The notes: a model not told the origin generated them from the letters alone. Counted from the first letter of the stretch, positions 18,571-29,203 are shown. The stretch: DNA of 41,888 nt from Campylobacterota bacterium (GCA_034723215.1 JAYEOQ010000124.1:1-41888); one strand, 5' to 3'. Numbers and translations: made by a program.

Positions 18571-19593
18571 CTAGTTCATATCTGGTTTTGGAGTTTTATT
18601 TGTTATTACAGGAAGTTGAGGATATGAAATATCACCTTTATCACCTGTTAATGATTTTAAGAAAGTTGTAATTTGATTAGCTTCTTTATCACTAATTTTA
18701 ATTCCAAGTTGAGTAGAACCCATCTCTTTAACAGCTTCACTTAAAGACCAAATAGCACCATTATGGAAATATGGAGCAGTCTCTTCAACATTTCTAAGTG
18801 TTGGAGTTTTCATCATACCGTTTTTATCACCTTTAAATCCACCAACATCAGCGTATTTATAAGGATTAGCTACTGGGAATGGTTGCATTGTTTCACCAAG
18901 ACCTACACCATTATGACAAGATGCACAACCTTTATCTATAAATAGATTAAGACCAGTTTTTTCTTTCTTAGTTAAAGCATCACTATCACCTTCCATAAAA
19001 TCATCAAATCTTGATGGTGTTACCAGTGTTCTTTCAAACAGTCCAATTGTTGCAGTAATTAGTTCAAAATCAATTTTTACATCATCACCATAAGCTGCTT
19101 TAAACTCTTCAACATAAGCTGGCATAGAATTAATTCTACTTTCAACTAATGAAATTGGTGCTGCCATCTCTGGGCCTGCTTGCATAGGACCTTGTGCTTG
19201 TTTTTCTAAATCAGGATCTCTACCATCCCAAAATTGTGCTTTATTAAATACAGCATTATAAACAGTTGGTGAATTTAAATGTGAAGGATTTGCAGTCCAT
19301 TTATGTCCTGTAGCTGCTCCAACACCATCAGCACCACCCATACCTAGATTATGACAAGTATTACATGAGATTAATCCACTTTTTGATAATCTTGGTTCAA
19401 AAAATAGTTTTTTTCCTAATTCTACTTTTGCATTTGTAATAGGATTTTTAGGATTATCTATAAGTTTCAATAACTCTAATTGACTTGATGGTATTGGTTG
19501 AATACCTGCATTCTTTGCTTTTGTAACCAATGCATCCCCTGCAAATGCACTAACACCTGCTACTAATAAACCACTTAAAATAACTTTTTTCAT
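18571..19593 (-). CDS. Di-heme cytochrome c peroxidase
   Basis: Signal peptide; CNTCH and CASCH; QFWDGR; KTPTLRNV; APYFHNG. Confidence 0.95.
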   Translation of the reverse strand: MKKVILSGLLVAGVSAFAGDALVTKAKNAGIQPIPSSQLELLKLIDNPKNPITNAKVELGKKLFFEPRLSKSGLISCNTCHNLGMGGADGVGAATGHKWTANPSHLNSPTVYNAVFNKAQFWDGRDPDLEKQAQGPMQAGPEMAAPISLVESRINSMPAYVEEFKAAYGDDVKIDFELITATIGLFERTLVTPSRFDDFMEGDSDALTKKEKTGLNLFIDKGCASCHNGVGLGETMQPFPVANPYKYADVGGFKGDKNGMMKTPTLRNVEETAPYFHNGAIWSLSEAVKEMGSTQLGIKISDKEANQITTFLKSLTGDKGDISYPQLPVITNKTPKPDMN

Positions 19594-19643
19594 AAGTTCC
19601 CCTTATTTTTTTAATTGTAAAATTTTATAATACTTATACTTAA

Positions 19644-19677
19644 ATAATAATAAATACTATTTAGTATTTATTATTAT
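19644..19677. promoter_or_regulatory. Perfect 16-bp-arm inverted repeat, putative PerR/Fur operator
   Basis: ATAATAATAAATACTA-TT-TAGTATTTATTATTAT between the divergent peroxidase and Fur-family genes. Confidence 0.6.
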
Positions 19678-19747
19678 AAATAAATTAAGTTTTATAATAT
19701 AAAGTTAGGTACAATGCAAAAAATCTATTGAAAGTGAGAGAAATTAA

Positions 19748-20149
19748 ATGACAGATTTTAAGATTATTTTACAAAGTAATGATTTAAAAGCTACTCATCA
19801 AAGATTAGTAATATTAAATGAATTAGAAAAATCAAAACATATAGATATTGATAAATTGTATGAGTTAGTTACAGTTAATTGTCCAACACTTTCTAAAGCA
19901 ACTTTATATAGAAATTTAAATGATTTAATTTTAAAAAATATTGTATCCGAAGTACAATTTTCAAATCAGAAAAAATTGTATGAAATAACAAAAACACCTC
20001 ATATACATTTAGTATGTAAAAAATGTGATAGTATAATAGATAAAACTATTGACACCTCTTCTCTGTTTAATGAAGTATCAAAAAATAGTAACTTTCAAAT
20101 TGAGACAAGTTCTATATCATTATCTGGTATTTGTGAAGAGTGTCTTTAG
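19748..20149 (+). CDS. Fur-family regulator, probably PerR-like
   Basis: T.QR..IL, LSKATLYRNL, HIHLVCKKC, terminal C..C; divergent from a peroxidase. Confidence 0.88.
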   Translation: MTDFKIILQSNDLKATHQRLVILNELEKSKHIDIDKLYELVTVNCPTLSKATLYRNLNDLILKNIVSEVQFSNQKKLYEITKTPHIHLVCKKCDSIIDKTIDTSSLFNEVSKNSNFQIETSSISLSGICEECL

Positions 20150-20326
20150 GATAAAATCAGTATATAGATATAAATAACTATTCACTTAGTATCTATTTAG
20201 TTCCTTAATTAAAATAAAATTATTATTTATTAATTTTTCAATATCTCTCCAAATATGTTGATTTTTTACAAGACAGTAAAATTAAATTTATGTATAATTA
20301 AATAAATAAATATAAAAAGAGAGAAT

Positions 20327-20938
20327 ATGAAAACTATAAAATATAATAATAAAAATATCACACCATCAAAAGTAGTATGTATAGGTAGAAACTATGTAGA
20401 GCATATAGAAGAGTTAGGAAATGATACACCGGATACGATGGTTGTATTTAACAAAACAAATTCTGCAATATCAGATAAACTTTATTTTATAAGTGAAGAT
20501 ACAAGATTTGAGGGTGAGATATGTTTTTTAATAGTCGACGGGAAAATTGAGGGTGTTGGTTTTGGACTTGATTTGACTAAAGCAGATATACAAAACAAGA
20601 TGAAATCAAAAGGTTTACCTTGGGAAAGAGCAAAATCATTTAATAATTCAGCTGTTTTAGGAGAGTTTGTACCTTTTGATGGAGATGTAACAAAACTACG
20701 ACTTGAACTTTTTATAAATGATAATCTTATCCAGTTCGCCAATTATGATCTGATGATATACAAGCCATTTGAGATGATAGATGAGATAAAAAGTTTTATG
20801 AGTTTAGAGGATGGTGATATTGTTATGTCGGGAACTCCAAAGGGTGTAGGAACATACAAAGTTGGAGATAAATTTATTGGTAAAATATATTGTGAGGATA
20901 TACCTTTAGTTGAATCTTCTTGGGAAGTTATTAATTGA
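20327..20938 (+). CDS. Fumarylacetoacetate hydrolase family protein
   Basis: KVVCIGRNY.EH..EL, FEGE, LDLT, LPWERAK.F, GDIVMSGTPKGVG. Confidence 0.92.
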   Translation: MKTIKYNNKNITPSKVVCIGRNYVEHIEELGNDTPDTMVVFNKTNSAISDKLYFISEDTRFEGEICFLIVDGKIEGVGFGLDLTKADIQNKMKSKGLPWERAKSFNNSAVLGEFVPFDGDVTKLRLELFINDNLIQFANYDLMIYKPFEMIDEIKSFMSLEDGDIVMSGTPKGVGTYKVGDKFIGKIYCEDIPLVESSWEVIN

Positions 20939-20975
20939 TTTTTTGATACAATTCAAAAAATCAAGAAAGGCTAAA

Positions 20976-21221
20976 ATGAAAAAGTTACTATTATTACTTA
21001 CAATCTCTGGTTCTATTTTATCACTAAATGGATTTGATTTTAACAATATATTAGATTCAGTTGATAAAGAGAAAGCGGTAGATTCCATAAATAAAGAGGA
21101 GGCGCTAAAAGCTTATAATAAAGACTCTGCTTTAACTATGGAAGATTTAAATAAAACAGTTGATACTAAAAAGGCAAAAGATTCTGTAGATACAGAAAAA
21201 CTAATGAAATCCTTTTTTTAG
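20976..21221 (+). CDS. Small exported protein with short internal repeats
   Basis: AAGG RBS before ATG 20976; MKKLLLLL signal peptide; D(S/T)VDxxKA-type repeats. Confidence 0.7.
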   Translation: MKKLLLLLTISGSILSLNGFDFNNILDSVDKEKAVDSINKEEALKAYNKDSALTMEDLNKTVDTKKAKDSVDTEKLMKSFF

Positions 21222-21224
21222 TAT

Positions 21225-21728
21225 TTAGTTTTTATTAAATATCTCCATTACCACACTTTTGATATCGTTAGCTATCTCTTCTGAGATAGTTGCTTCCCAA
21301 GTTGGTATTATAGCATCATAATCTATATTAAATTGTTGCTTCATATCATCAGTAAAAAATGTATCATTTTTAATATCTTCATATATTATATCTGTAAATG
21401 GTTTTGAATTTAGTAACTCTTTATCTGAATCAACAAAATCATTTAACATTTGTGCTAAAGCTGTAAACCTTAAATGTGATTCAAACTTCTCTTCAAAATC
21501 ATCATTATTCGATAGATAAAGTACTATCTCGTGTACAGATTCAAAGACTTTATTACTATCTATTTGCAAATCCAACTCTGATAATTTTTTATGAGCTTCA
21601 TCCAAATCTTGAATAGATTTTAACATAACTGTAGCCAAACCTATTTGATAATATAATTGATATTTACATATATTATCTATTATATTATCTCTACTAAAAT
21701 ATTTATTTATTGCTTCTTGTAATTTCAT
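21225..21728 (-). CDS. Acidic helical hypothetical protein
   Basis: 167-aa ORF, no recognised motif; TGaTACAAT -10 lies 6 nt upstream of the ATG. Confidence 0.7.
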   Translation of the reverse strand: MKLQEAINKYFSRDNIIDNICKYQLYYQIGLATVMLKSIQDLDEAHKKLSELDLQIDSNKVFESVHEIVLYLSNNDDFEEKFESHLRFTALAQMLNDFVDSDKELLNSKPFTDIIYEDIKNDTFFTDDMKQQFNIDYDAIIPTWEATISEEIANDIKSVVMEIFNKN

Positions 21729-21812
21729 AATTAGATTGTATCAATTTGGACTAAAAATCTATCTTAAACTTATAGTCATTAATAATATAAAAGTGTTTTG
21801 ATTATTATTAAG

Positions 21813-21902
21813 TGGCGGACAAGGAGAGATTTGAACTCTCGGTACCGTTACCAGTACGCATCCTTAGCAGGGATGTGGTTTCAGCCACTCACCCACTTGT
21901 CC
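21813..21902 (-). tRNA. tRNA-Ser (GCT)
   Basis: Reverse complement GGACAAG...CATCC-CTGCTAA-GGATG...long variable arm...GTTCAAATC...CTTGTCCGCCA with encoded CCA. Confidence 0.96.
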
Positions 21903-21951
21903 GTTTGTGTGGGGAATTATAGTAGAGTGTAGTTGAAAAACACCTTAAATA

Positions 21952-22635
21952 CTAGATGTTTTTTAAAATCTTTTCAACTACTTCAGCTGGATTTTCTGAT
22001 TTATAAATTGGGCGACCAACTACTATAAAGTCTACCAATTCTGTTTTTGCAAGATTTATATCTGCAACCCTTTTTTGATCACCTGCATCTTCGCCAAATG
22101 GTCTAATACCAGGAGTTAGGGTGATAAACTCTTTTGATGTATTTTGTTTTATATCATAACTTTCAAATGCAGAACTCACTACACCGTCAAGTCCAGCTTC
22201 AAAAGTATCTTTTGCAAATTTAGTTGCTTTATCATCTATATTTTCATTGTATATAGATTTAAAGTTATCATTATCAAAACTTGTAAGTGCAGTTACTGCT
22301 AAAACTAAAGGTCTATTTGGAATATTTTTTATCCTTTGCATCACTGTAGTCATTGCAACTTTACCAGCTGATGCGTGTAGATTAAACATATCAACACCAA
22401 GTTTAGCAATCTCTTCACTTGCATCTGCCATAGTATTAGGGATATCATAAAGTTTTAAATCTAAAAATATTTTAAAATTCGGATTTATAATTTTTAACTC
22501 ATTTAAAAACTCTTTTCCATCTCTTATATAACTTCTAAAACCGACTTTCAACCATACATCATACTCTTTGATTTTAGTTGCTAACTCTAAATTTTCTTTA
22601 GCACTTGGTAAATCTAATGCAACACAAAGTTTCAT
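21952..22635 (-). CDS. pyrF: Orotidine-5'-phosphate decarboxylase
   Basis: [32 protein letters not shown]. Confidence 0.96.
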   Translation of the reverse strand: MKLCVALDLPSAKENLELATKIKEYDVWLKVGFRSYIRDGKEFLNELKIINPNFKIFLDLKLYDIPNTMADASEEIAKLGVDMFNLHASAGKVAMTTVMQRIKNIPNRPLVLAVTALTSFDNDNFKSIYNENIDDKATKFAKDTFEAGLDGVVSSAFESYDIKQNTSKEFITLTPGIRPFGEDAGDQKRVADINLAKTELVDFIVVGRPIYKSENPAEVVEKILKNI

Positions 22636-23037
22636 CTATTTTTCTTCTTTATTAATACTATCTAAAACACCATTTATAAATTTTGGTGCATTATCAGATG
22701 CTAATCTTTTTGAAAGTTCAATAGCTTCATTGATAACAATCGGTTTATCTAAACCACTAAATAGAATTTCGTATATAGACAATCTTAAAATAGCTCTTTC
22801 AACAAAACCTACATCACCTATCTCTCTTTGTTTTAAATGTTCAGAGATCTCTTTATCAATAACTTTTAAGTTTTCGATTGTTCCATTAAAAAGGTTTAGT
22901 GCAAAATCTTTTTGTTTATTTCTAATTTTTTTATCTTCTAAAATTACATCAGAAAATTTAGCAATAGCTTCGTTTCCTAAGTCATAGGCATAAAGTAAAC
23001 CTACTACTGATTCTCTAGCTTGAGTTCTTGTTGCCAT
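22636..23037 (-). CDS. nusB: Transcription antitermination factor NusB
   Basis: R.QARE..V.LLY, ERAILR...YE, INEAIEL.K, KFINGVLD. Confidence 0.96.
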   Translation of the reverse strand: MATRTQARESVVGLLYAYDLGNEAIAKFSDVILEDKKIRNKQKDFALNLFNGTIENLKVIDKEISEHLKQREIGDVGFVERAILRLSIYEILFSGLDKPIVINEAIELSKRLASDNAPKFINGVLDSINKEEK

Positions 23038-23507
23038 TATTTGTCCATTTGTCCATAAAGGTCAATCATCTCAATGATTGTAATCATAGCTTCTGCACCT
23101 TTATTTCCAACTTTACTTCCAGCTCGCTCAATTGCTTGCTCAATTGTATTTGTTGTTAAAACACCATTTGATACAGGGATATTATGACTCATAGTAGCTG
23201 ATGCTATCCCTTTTGTAGCTTCAGCAGATATATAGTCAAAATGAGGAGTTGCTCCTCTAATTACTGCACCAACACAACAAATAGCATCATATTTTTTAGA
23301 CTCTAAAGCCCTTTGCAAAGCAAATGGGATCTCAAATGCACCTGGAACTAAAATTAAATCTAAATTATCTTGATTTCCACCATGTCTTTTAAATGCATCT
23401 TGAGCACCCTCTACTAATCTATCTGTAATAATATGATTAAATCTTCCATTTATAATAGCTATTTTCTCTGTACCTTTTAGTCTTAATTGACCCTCTATAA
23501 TATTCAT
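23037..23507 (-). CDS. ribH: 6,7-dimethyl-8-ribityllumazine synthase
   Basis: [29 protein letters not shown]; start moved to ATG 23507 behind AAAGGA. Confidence 0.96.
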   Translation of the reverse strand: MNIIEGQLRLKGTEKIAIINGRFNHIITDRLVEGAQDAFKRHGGNQDNLDLILVPGAFEIPFALQRALESKKYDAICCVGAVIRGATPHFDYISAEATKGIASATMSHNIPVSNGVLTTNTIEQAIERAGSKVGNKGAEAMITIIEMIDLYGQMDK

Positions 23508-23540
23508 AATTTTCCTTTTTTCCAAATTCTATTCTCTTAT

Positions 23541-24347
23541 TTATTTGGTATTATATCCTAAAACATCTTGTATCTTAAAAATGTCATCTACAGTTTTATA
23601 TAATTGATCAATTTTTAACATATTAGGTCCATCGCTTAGTGCAATAGATGGGTCAAAATGTGTTTCAAAGAAAAATCCATCTACCCCAACAGCAGCAGCA
23701 GCTTTTGCTAAGCTTGGAACTATAGCAGAGTTTCCACCTGTAGTTTCTCCAGTACTTGGTACTTGTGCTGAGTGTGTTGCATCAAATATTACTGGTGCAA
23801 ACTCTCTCATAGCTATAAGATTTTTCATATCAACTATAAGTGAACCATATCCAAACACATTTCCTCTTTCACAAAGCCAAACACCATTTTCTTTACTATT
23901 TTGATAGTTTACCTCATCACAACCTCGTGTAGATAAAACTTTTGCAACTGGATGTTTCATACTATTTGCTGCTAAAAACTGCCCTTTTTTAATATTTATT
24001 TTTGCATTTGTTTTTCCAGCTTCAACTAATAAATCAGTTTGTCTACATAAAAATGCAGGAATTTGTAATACATCTACAACTTCTGCTGTAGGTGCGGCTT
24101 GATATGACTCGTGAATATCTGTAACTAATTTATACCCAAAAGTTTCTTTTACCTCTTGAAGTATTTTCAACCCTTCTTGTAGTCCTGGTCCTCTAAAGCT
24201 ATCTAAACTTGTACGATTAGCTTTATCAAAACTTGCTTTAAAATAAAACTCTACTCTTTTGTTTTCATTTAATTTAGATAACTCTTCTGCAATTCTCATT
24301 ACATTGTCTCTACTTTCAATTACACATGGTCCTGTTAATATTATCAT
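23541..24347 (-). CDS. kdsA: KDO 8-phosphate synthase
   Basis: [40 protein letters not shown]. Confidence 0.96.
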   Translation of the reverse strand: MIILTGPCVIESRDNVMRIAEELSKLNENKRVEFYFKASFDKANRTSLDSFRGPGLQEGLKILQEVKETFGYKLVTDIHESYQAAPTAEVVDVLQIPAFLCRQTDLLVEAGKTNAKINIKKGQFLAANSMKHPVAKVLSTRGCDEVNYQNSKENGVWLCERGNVFGYGSLIVDMKNLIAMREFAPVIFDATHSAQVPSTGETTGGNSAIVPSLAKAAAAVGVDGFFFETHFDPSIALSDGPNMLKIDQLYKTVDDIFKIQDVLGYNTK

Positions 24348-26035
24348 ATCATTTTCCTTCTTCTTTTTATAGTCTTTTTTTCATAACCTGTATAAGCATA
24401 GTAAAACTCAAAGAAATTCTCTGAGATATATTCCATATGGTTTTTTCCATTTTCATCACAAGCAAATAATAATTCATCATCTTTTTGCAATAGTATGTCC
24501 CAAGCTGGTAATAGAGTATAATTCCCATCTCTATATAATAATAGTGGTATTATATTGTTTGTTTCTGTATGGTCATAAAGTGAGATATAGAAAAGGGATA
24601 ATTTTATATCACTTTTTTTTAGCTCTCTAAATATTTCTGGTGTTTCTTTCTCATTTATAGTTACTGTATGAACTATAGGGTTTGGATTTATCTCTTGTAT
24701 AATTCGTTTTACTAAACTTCTTCCCCAAGTTTCATCTTGTAATAATATTTGATTTACTAATTTATCTGTAAGTGGATTTATTAATGCATTTGAGATATTA
24801 TTTATCAATGTATTCTCAGGTATAAAAAGATAATCAATCTTCGCATTATGAAAAATAGAAAAATCATCTAGTTCATTTTCTCTTGTTATTGTCAAAATTT
24901 TTGGGTTTAATCTCCTTGCCGTTGCTAAAATAGATAAGTTTTTAGTATCGTTGTCTGTACCTGCTATTAATACATCAGCATCTTCTATCCCTGCTCTTTT
25001 TAATACTTTTTTATCATCTGCATCATCTATTATGACATGGTCTTGTTTTTTCCCAGGTACTTTATCCATACCTTTATCGTTTACTTCTATAAATGTTATA
25101 TCAATATTATTTGCTTTTAACATCTTATAAATATATTTTCCAAGTCTCCCATATCCACAAACTATATATTTACCCTTTGGAAATTCTGTAATTGGTAAGT
25201 CTAGTCCACCTTGCTTATGTAACCATCTTTCAAGTTTTAATAAGTTCGGAGACTTAATCGCTAACTCCATATGTGATGATACAATTTTGAATGGATTTTT
25301 AATGATATTTACACCTAGATCTTTTAGATTGCTTGTGTGCTGTTCTGATGTAGATTTTACGGCCAATATTACATTTTTATTTAAAAGTTTAGCTGCTAGT
25401 GATACTCTTAAGTTCAAATCATCATCTTCAAAAAGCGATACAACTGCTTTACAATATTTTGATTCTATACCTGCTTCTATAAATACTTGAGAGTTAAAAG
25501 CATCTGCTACAAGTACTGGTATAGTAGGAACATGCCCTTCAAAATGCAATTGATTTGCTCTTTGTTCTTCCTTTTCTATTACAACTACTCTATAACCTTT
25601 TGGGAGAACTCTTTTAATTATCTCATTTGTAGTATGGTTGTAACCCAACACTATAATATATTTCTCTTCTAATGCTTTGATTTGTCTTCCAAACTTACCA
25701 CGAGCAAGTTCTGTTAAGAAAAGTTTGTCTTGAAAAATACTAATAAGTGTACCAATACTATAAAACCAACCAAGAACACTAAGATATACAGTAAAGCTTA
25801 CCCATAGTCTTTGCGAATATGTAAACGCATAAGGTGTTTCACCAAATCCAATTGTTGTTGCTGTATATGTTACAAAGTAAAATGCATCAAAAATAGTTAA
25901 CTTATAAACTTCACCATTATTATCAACACCATCAATAATAAGTAATCCAATTATAGAGATTGAAAAAGTAAGGACTAAGACCAAAAAAGGTTTTCTCATC
26001 CTATAAAGTAAAATATTTAATGAGCTTTGATGCAT
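24344..26035 (-). CDS. Potassium channel with two TrkA-N/RCK domains
   Basis: 2 TM helices plus pore motif TATTIGFGE; YIIVLGY and [10 protein letters not shown] Rossmann starts. Confidence 0.88.
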   Translation of the reverse strand: MHQSSLNILLYRMRKPFLVLVLTFSISIIGLLIIDGVDNNGEVYKLTIFDAFYFVTYTATTIGFGETPYAFTYSQRLWVSFTVYLSVLGWFYSIGTLISIFQDKLFLTELARGKFGRQIKALEEKYIIVLGYNHTTNEIIKRVLPKGYRVVVIEKEEQRANQLHFEGHVPTIPVLVADAFNSQVFIEAGIESKYCKAVVSLFEDDDLNLRVSLAAKLLNKNVILAVKSTSEQHTSNLKDLGVNIIKNPFKIVSSHMELAIKSPNLLKLERWLHKQGGLDLPITEFPKGKYIVCGYGRLGKYIYKMLKANNIDITFIEVNDKGMDKVPGKKQDHVIIDDADDKKVLKRAGIEDADVLIAGTDNDTKNLSILATARRLNPKILTITRENELDDFSIFHNAKIDYLFIPENTLINNISNALINPLTDKLVNQILLQDETWGRSLVKRIIQEINPNPIVHTVTINEKETPEIFRELKKSDIKLSLFYISLYDHTETNNIIPLLLYRDGNYTLLPAWDILLQKDDELLFACDENGKNHMEYISENFFEFYYAYTGYEKKTIKRRRKMI

Positions 26036-26038
26036 CAG

Positions 26039-26416
26039 TTATCTTTTAGATTTTAAAGTATCACCAATATATAAAATCACTGAAGTTATATTTGCCAACA
26101 ATGCCCCACCAGATAGAGATAAAATCAATCCTACTACTTCAGCATCAACTGTATATGAATATTCTGCAATAGTCCAAATAGATGCAGCAGCTACAAGCTG
26201 AATAATTGCTACAAATGAAGTTGCTAATAATACTGAACCTAATTGTGTTTTATCACCTAGTTTTAGTACTGTTGCTATTATATTGATAATGATTGCTGCG
26301 AAAAGTTCGTATTTGCTATGCCCTACTAAGCTATCCATTGAACCGTAAAAAAATCCAAAGTTTAGTGTCATTGCAAGTATGATGAAAAAGCCTGAAACTA
26401 CTTTATCTAAATTCAT
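26039..26416 (-). CDS. Small membrane protein (DUF6394-like)
   Basis: MNL.KV..GFF..LA.TLNFGFF.G, LK.GD.TQ.G..LLATS.VA; about 4 TMs. Confidence 0.7.
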   Translation of the reverse strand: MNLDKVVSGFFIILAMTLNFGFFYGSMDSLVGHSKYELFAAIIINIIATVLKLGDKTQLGSVLLATSFVAIIQLVAAASIWTIAEYSYTVDAEVVGLILSLSGGALLANITSVILYIGDTLKSKR

Positions 26417-26471
26417 ATATTTATCCTTGTTTATACTATATTATTTTAGATTATATCTAAAATAATTTTAA

Positions 26472-26663
26472 TTATAGTATCTCTTGGACTCTTCCGACAT
26501 TTCCATTTGTTAGTCTTACTTTTATACCGTGGGGATGAGTAGGGGAGTTAGTTAAAATATTTTTAACTACCCCTTGAGTTAATTTACCAGACCTTTGGTC
26601 TTGTTTTAAAACAATATTGACCTTTAATCCTGGCTTTATATTAATTCTTTTTTTACCATCCAT
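26472..26663 (-). CDS. YwbE (DUF2196) family protein
   Basis: IVLKQDQRSGKLT.G.V..ILT.S..HPHGIKVRL..G.VGRV. Confidence 0.9.
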   Translation of the reverse strand: MDGKKRINIKPGLKVNIVLKQDQRSGKLTQGVVKNILTNSPTHPHGIKVRLTNGNVGRVQEIL

Positions 26664-26667
26664 CTAG

Positions 26668-27411
26668 CTATTCGCCAGAAGTTGTTTCGCCGTGGAATTG
26701 AATGATACCTCTTGTATAGTTAGAAACTTGTTTCCAACCCATATCTTTCATCACATTTTGACAATATGCACTTCTACTTCCTGTTAAACAATAAAGAATA
26801 GTGGCTTTATCTTTTTGATCTTCAACTTGTGATAATTCATTGTAAAATGAAGTTGTTGGGATAAGATAATCAGTACCTACAATTCTTTGCTGGTTCCATT
26901 CCATCCACTCTCTTACATCAATAAGATTAAAGTCAACCATACCTAACTCTCTAGCTTCAAGTAGAGATATTATCTCTTCACCATCAAGTTGTTCATGAGC
27001 TAAAATAGCTTCACACTCCTCTTTTGTTAATCCTCTTGAGTGGTTATGTGCAACCTCTTCTGCTTCAATCTCAATAGCGTTTGCTTTTGCATATTCAGGT
27101 GTACAAAAAATACCACAGTGACATTTCCCCTCTTCGGGTATCTCTTTTTCAATAGCCGGTTTACAAGGACAAATTCTGTTATCAGCAGCTTTTCGCTCCT
27201 CTTTTGTTTCACCAATTACCATAAAACAAGGACAAAATCTTTTGTTATAAATCATCTTGTTTCTTGCAAGACCCATTGTAACACCTTCGTTTACATCTTC
27301 AATTGGATTATAAACCCAACCTTTACTTTCACACATTTTGTCAGTAAACTCTTTAGTTTTTGCCATCTCTGTTTTGAATTCTTCAGATTCCATATCTATT
27401 TTTATCATCAT
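26668..27411 (-). CDS. Ferredoxin:thioredoxin reductase catalytic-subunit domain fused to a rhodanese domain
   Basis: CPC...CPC...CHC motif; then LIDVRE..EW and YCLTGSRS active-site loop. Confidence 0.85.
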   Translation of the reverse strand: MMIKIDMESEEFKTEMAKTKEFTDKMCESKGWVYNPIEDVNEGVTMGLARNKMIYNKRFCPCFMVIGETKEERKAADNRICPCKPAIEKEIPEEGKCHCGIFCTPEYAKANAIEIEAEEVAHNHSRGLTKEECEAILAHEQLDGEEIISLLEARELGMVDFNLIDVREWMEWNQQRIVGTDYLIPTTSFYNELSQVEDQKDKATILYCLTGSRSAYCQNVMKDMGWKQVSNYTRGIIQFHGETTSGE

Positions 27412-27520
27412 TTTTATTAGCCTATTTTAATTTTTACCTATAATAAACTTTTTTTGTTAATTTGCCCTTAACTATATTGTTTAATTATTAACTAAAGTAT
27501 TATTTGATTATAATATCTTA

Positions 27521-28591
27521 ATGAATATTTTAGAACAAATTTACGATAACAACTTCCATAAAATTAATTTTTTAGAAAGAAAAATATCAATTGATACAAA
27601 AAACACTATTTTAAAAGGGCCGCCTAAAAGTGGTAAGACATACCTTATATACGATTATCTTTCACAATTTGAAATAGATGATTATCTTTATATTGATTGC
27701 GATGACTATAAAAATAATTCAAATAATATAGAAAATTATTTAGATGATTTTATAATTGAAAATAAAATTGAAGTGTTAGTTTTAGAAAATTTTAAATTTA
27801 ACTTTAATTTACCAAAAGTAACAAGTACTATCATAACTACATCACAAAACAAAACTATTGAAAACTTTGAGACAATATATTTAACACCTTTAGACTTCGA
27901 AGAGTTTATACTTTTTGATACAAAACATCAAAATATCGCTAATAGTTTTAACAGTTTTTTAAAATTTGGAAATTTTCCTGAAATTATAGAATTTAGCGAA
28001 CAAAAAAAAGCAAAAAGAAACTATGAGATATGTCAACTATATTGTGAGGATAAAGTTGAGTTAGAGATACTATTTTTACTTATTAAATCTACAAGTGAAA
28101 AAAAATCTATTTTTCAACTTTTCAATACTCTTAAAAAAACAACAAAAATATCAAAAGATAGGTTTTATAAAACTTGTGAAAAATATGAGCAGAACCATAT
28201 TATCTATTTTTGTACAAAATATGAACAGCCAAATGCAGTAAAAAAAATATATATTTTTAACCACTCTTTATTGGATATAGTTTCATATAATAAAAACTTT
28301 AATAATCTATTTCAGAACATGGTTTATTTAGAAATATATAAAAAGCATAAAGAGATATTTTATTTAGATAATATTGACTTTTATATACCTGAAGATAATT
28401 TAATTATACTTACTATACCTTTTTTTAATCACTTTGAAGTTATAAAAATTTCAATGAAACTATCACCATATATCAAAAAACTTAATATAAAAAAGATATT
28501 CATTGTAACAGTAAGTAATGAAAAAAATATAAATATCGGAGATATTGATGCAAAAGTGATTAAGTTTTATGATTGGGTTTTAGGGGGATAA
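27521..28591 (+). CDS. AAA_14-like ATP-binding protein
   Basis: Walker A GPPKSGKT, PLDFEEF, GNFPE, KKIY, C-terminal IDFY. Confidence 0.75.
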   Translation: MNILEQIYDNNFHKINFLERKISIDTKNTILKGPPKSGKTYLIYDYLSQFEIDDYLYIDCDDYKNNSNNIENYLDDFIIENKIEVLVLENFKFNFNLPKVTSTIITTSQNKTIENFETIYLTPLDFEEFILFDTKHQNIANSFNSFLKFGNFPEIIEFSEQKKAKRNYEICQLYCEDKVELEILFLLIKSTSEKKSIFQLFNTLKKTTKISKDRFYKTCEKYEQNHIIYFCTKYEQPNAVKKIYIFNHSLLDIVSYNKNFNNLFQNMVYLEIYKKHKEIFYLDNIDFYIPEDNLIILTIPFFNHFEVIKISMKLSPYIKKLNIKKIFIVTVSNEKNINIGDIDAKVIKFYDWVLGG

Positions 28592-28592
28592 A

Positions 28593-29162
28593 ATGGATGA
28601 AAAGTTATGCGGAATAGATGAAGCAGGAAGGGGACCTTTTGCTGGTCCTTTAGTTGTTGTTGGTGTTATTTTAAATAAAGAGATTGAAGAGTTAAATGAT
28701 TCAAAAAAGTTAACTGAAAAAAAACGGGAAAAACTGTTTGATATTATTAAAGAAAATAGCTCTTACCATATAGTATTTACCTCAAATGAAGATATAGATA
28801 AACTTGGACTTTCACTTTGTCTTAAAAACTCTATTAAAGAGATTATGGAGCATTTAGATACAAATAATTTTTTAATGGATGGAAACACAAGCTTTGGAAT
28901 AGAAAAATTAAACTGTTTGATAAAAGCAGATGCAACTGTCAAAGAGGTTAGTGCAGCATCAATATTAGCAAAAGTAAGTCGTGATAGATTTATGAAAGAG
29001 ATCGCTTTTAAGTATCCAAAGTATAACTTTGAAAAACACAAAGGGTACGGCACAAAGGGACATATTGAAGCAATTATTAAATATGGGTATTGTGATCTTC
29101 ATAGAAAAAGTTTTAAAATAAAGAAAATTGAAGCCTTAAAAGAAAACAGAAGTTTATTTTAG
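28593..29162 (+). CDS. rnhB: Ribonuclease HII
   Basis: GIDEAGRGP, DSKKL, KAD, AASILAKV.RD, HKGYGT, HRKSF. Confidence 0.97.
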   Translation: MDEKLCGIDEAGRGPFAGPLVVVGVILNKEIEELNDSKKLTEKKREKLFDIIKENSSYHIVFTSNEDIDKLGLSLCLKNSIKEIMEHLDTNNFLMDGNTSFGIEKLNCLIKADATVKEVSAASILAKVSRDRFMKEIAFKYPKYNFEKHKGYGTKGHIEAIIKYGYCDLHRKSFKIKKIEALKENRSLF

Positions 29163-29203
29163 ATAATTAATGATAAAATATCCAATAACTTTAAAGGAAA
29201 AAC

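Noticed and set aside
20150-20326. Possible sRNA in the intergenic gap after the perR-like gene
   Set aside because: Very AT-rich with no convincing stem or terminator; partly explained by a TATAAT promoter for the downstream gene.
17769-21813. Genomic island integrated at tRNA-Ser
   Set aside because: No integrase, no duplicate of the tRNA 3' end noticed, and no obvious compositional shift.
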